Of a DNA stretch of 64,000 nt, positions 63,433-64,000 are shown in pieces; within the stretch, counting starts at the first letter, position 1, and the number at the start of each line of letters is the position of its first letter. Below the pieces are notes generated by a model. The model was given only the letters and a program-made list of their open reading frames with translations, was not told the origin of the DNA and did not search any database. The stretch is from positions 2,790,001 to 2,854,000 of the forward strand of contig CDROCS010000506.1 in NCBI GenBank assembly GCA_977020255.1. Reading direction: 5' to 3'. The stretch is from Obrimoposthia wandeli (Eukaryota). Position numbers and translations under genes: made by a program.

Positions 63433-64000
63433 ATGCATCAGGAAAGCCCAATTATTCGCCGCCAATCGAAACAGATTATGGTTGGTAACGTACCGGTCGG
63501 TGGCAATGCCCCGATTGCAGTACAGTCAATGACAAATACGTTGACGACGGATGTGGCTGCAACCGTTGCACAGATCCAAGCATTAGAAGCCGTTGGTGCT
63601 GATATTGTCCGTGTATCTGTGCCGACGATGGATGCGGCTGAAGCATTCAAACTTATTAAACAGCAAGTTGATGTTCCTTTGGTTGCTGATATCCACTTTG
63701 ATTACCGTATCGCGCTTAAAGTTGCTGAGTACGGTGTCGATTGCTTACGTATCAATCCAGGTAATATCGGTAACGAAAGTCGTATTCGTTCTGTGGTTGA
63801 TTGTGCAAAAGACATGAATATTCCGATCCGTATCGGTGTAAACGGTGGTTCATTAGAGCGTGAGATCCAAGAGAAATATGGCGAGCCTACTCCGGCTGCA
63901 TTAGTTGAATCAGCAATGCGTCACGTTGATATTTTACAGCGCCTGAACTTTGATCAATTTAAAGTCAGCGTAAAAGCATCGGATGTATTTCTAGCTGTTG
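63433..64000 (+). CDS. ispG: (E)-4-hydroxy-3-methylbut-2-enyl-diphosphate synthase, truncated by the window edge
   Basis: Manual translation from ATG 63433: [36 protein letters not shown]...VADIHFDY...RINPGNIG...RIGVNGGSL. Confidence 0.96.
   Translation, partial: MHQESPIIRRQSKQIMVGNVPVGGNAPIAVQSMTNTLTTDVAATVAQIQALEAVGADIVRVSVPTMDAAEAFKLIKQQVDVPLVADIHFDYRIALKVAEYGVDCLRINPGNIGNESRIRSVVDCAKDMNIPIRIGVNGGSLEREIQEKYGEPTPAALVESAMRHVDILQRLNFDQFKVSVKASDVFLAV

Noticed and set aside
113-63817. Many short track ORFs antisense to or nested in long genes (for example 113-322, 3705-3893, 4047-4577, 6896-7363, 20874-21320, 21893-22489, 62831-63151, 63438-63650)
   Set aside because: They overlap well-supported genes, show no recognisable motifs, and are expected shadow frames.

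Overview
A 64-kb AT-rich chromosomal segment of a marine gammaproteobacterium. The 16S sequence and gene content look Moritella-like; this is an inference, as no search was run. The window is mostly housekeeping: yajG-rlmG, bolA, nqrABCDEF-apbE-nqrM, a TDT transporter, ompW (FNR site), dinB (LexA box), cysD-cysN-SLC13-cysC-cysQ, metNIQ (Met boxes), gmhB, and a full rrn operon (16S-tRNA-Glu-23S-5S-tRNA-Asp). An approximately 24-kb block of mixed accessory genes follows, then mltD-gloB-yafS-dnaQ, a TIGR03503 gene, and ndk-rlmN-pilW-rodZ-ispG. I found no CRISPR array, IS element, integrase or prophage, and no clear-cut novel multi-gene system. The best leads are: (1) a decaying tandem tRNA-Asp array; (2) an NsrR-like Rrf2 regulator lacking all three Fe-S cysteines, directly downstream of a nucleoside-deoxyribosyltransferase-like unknown gene; (3) absence of rnhA from its usual yafS-dnaQ position; (4) an orphan protein resembling the C-terminal domain of PLD-family nucleases; (5) a trpR-like/Trp-permease module divergent from an XRE gene, with a 5-copy repeat and a non-canonical palindrome between them.
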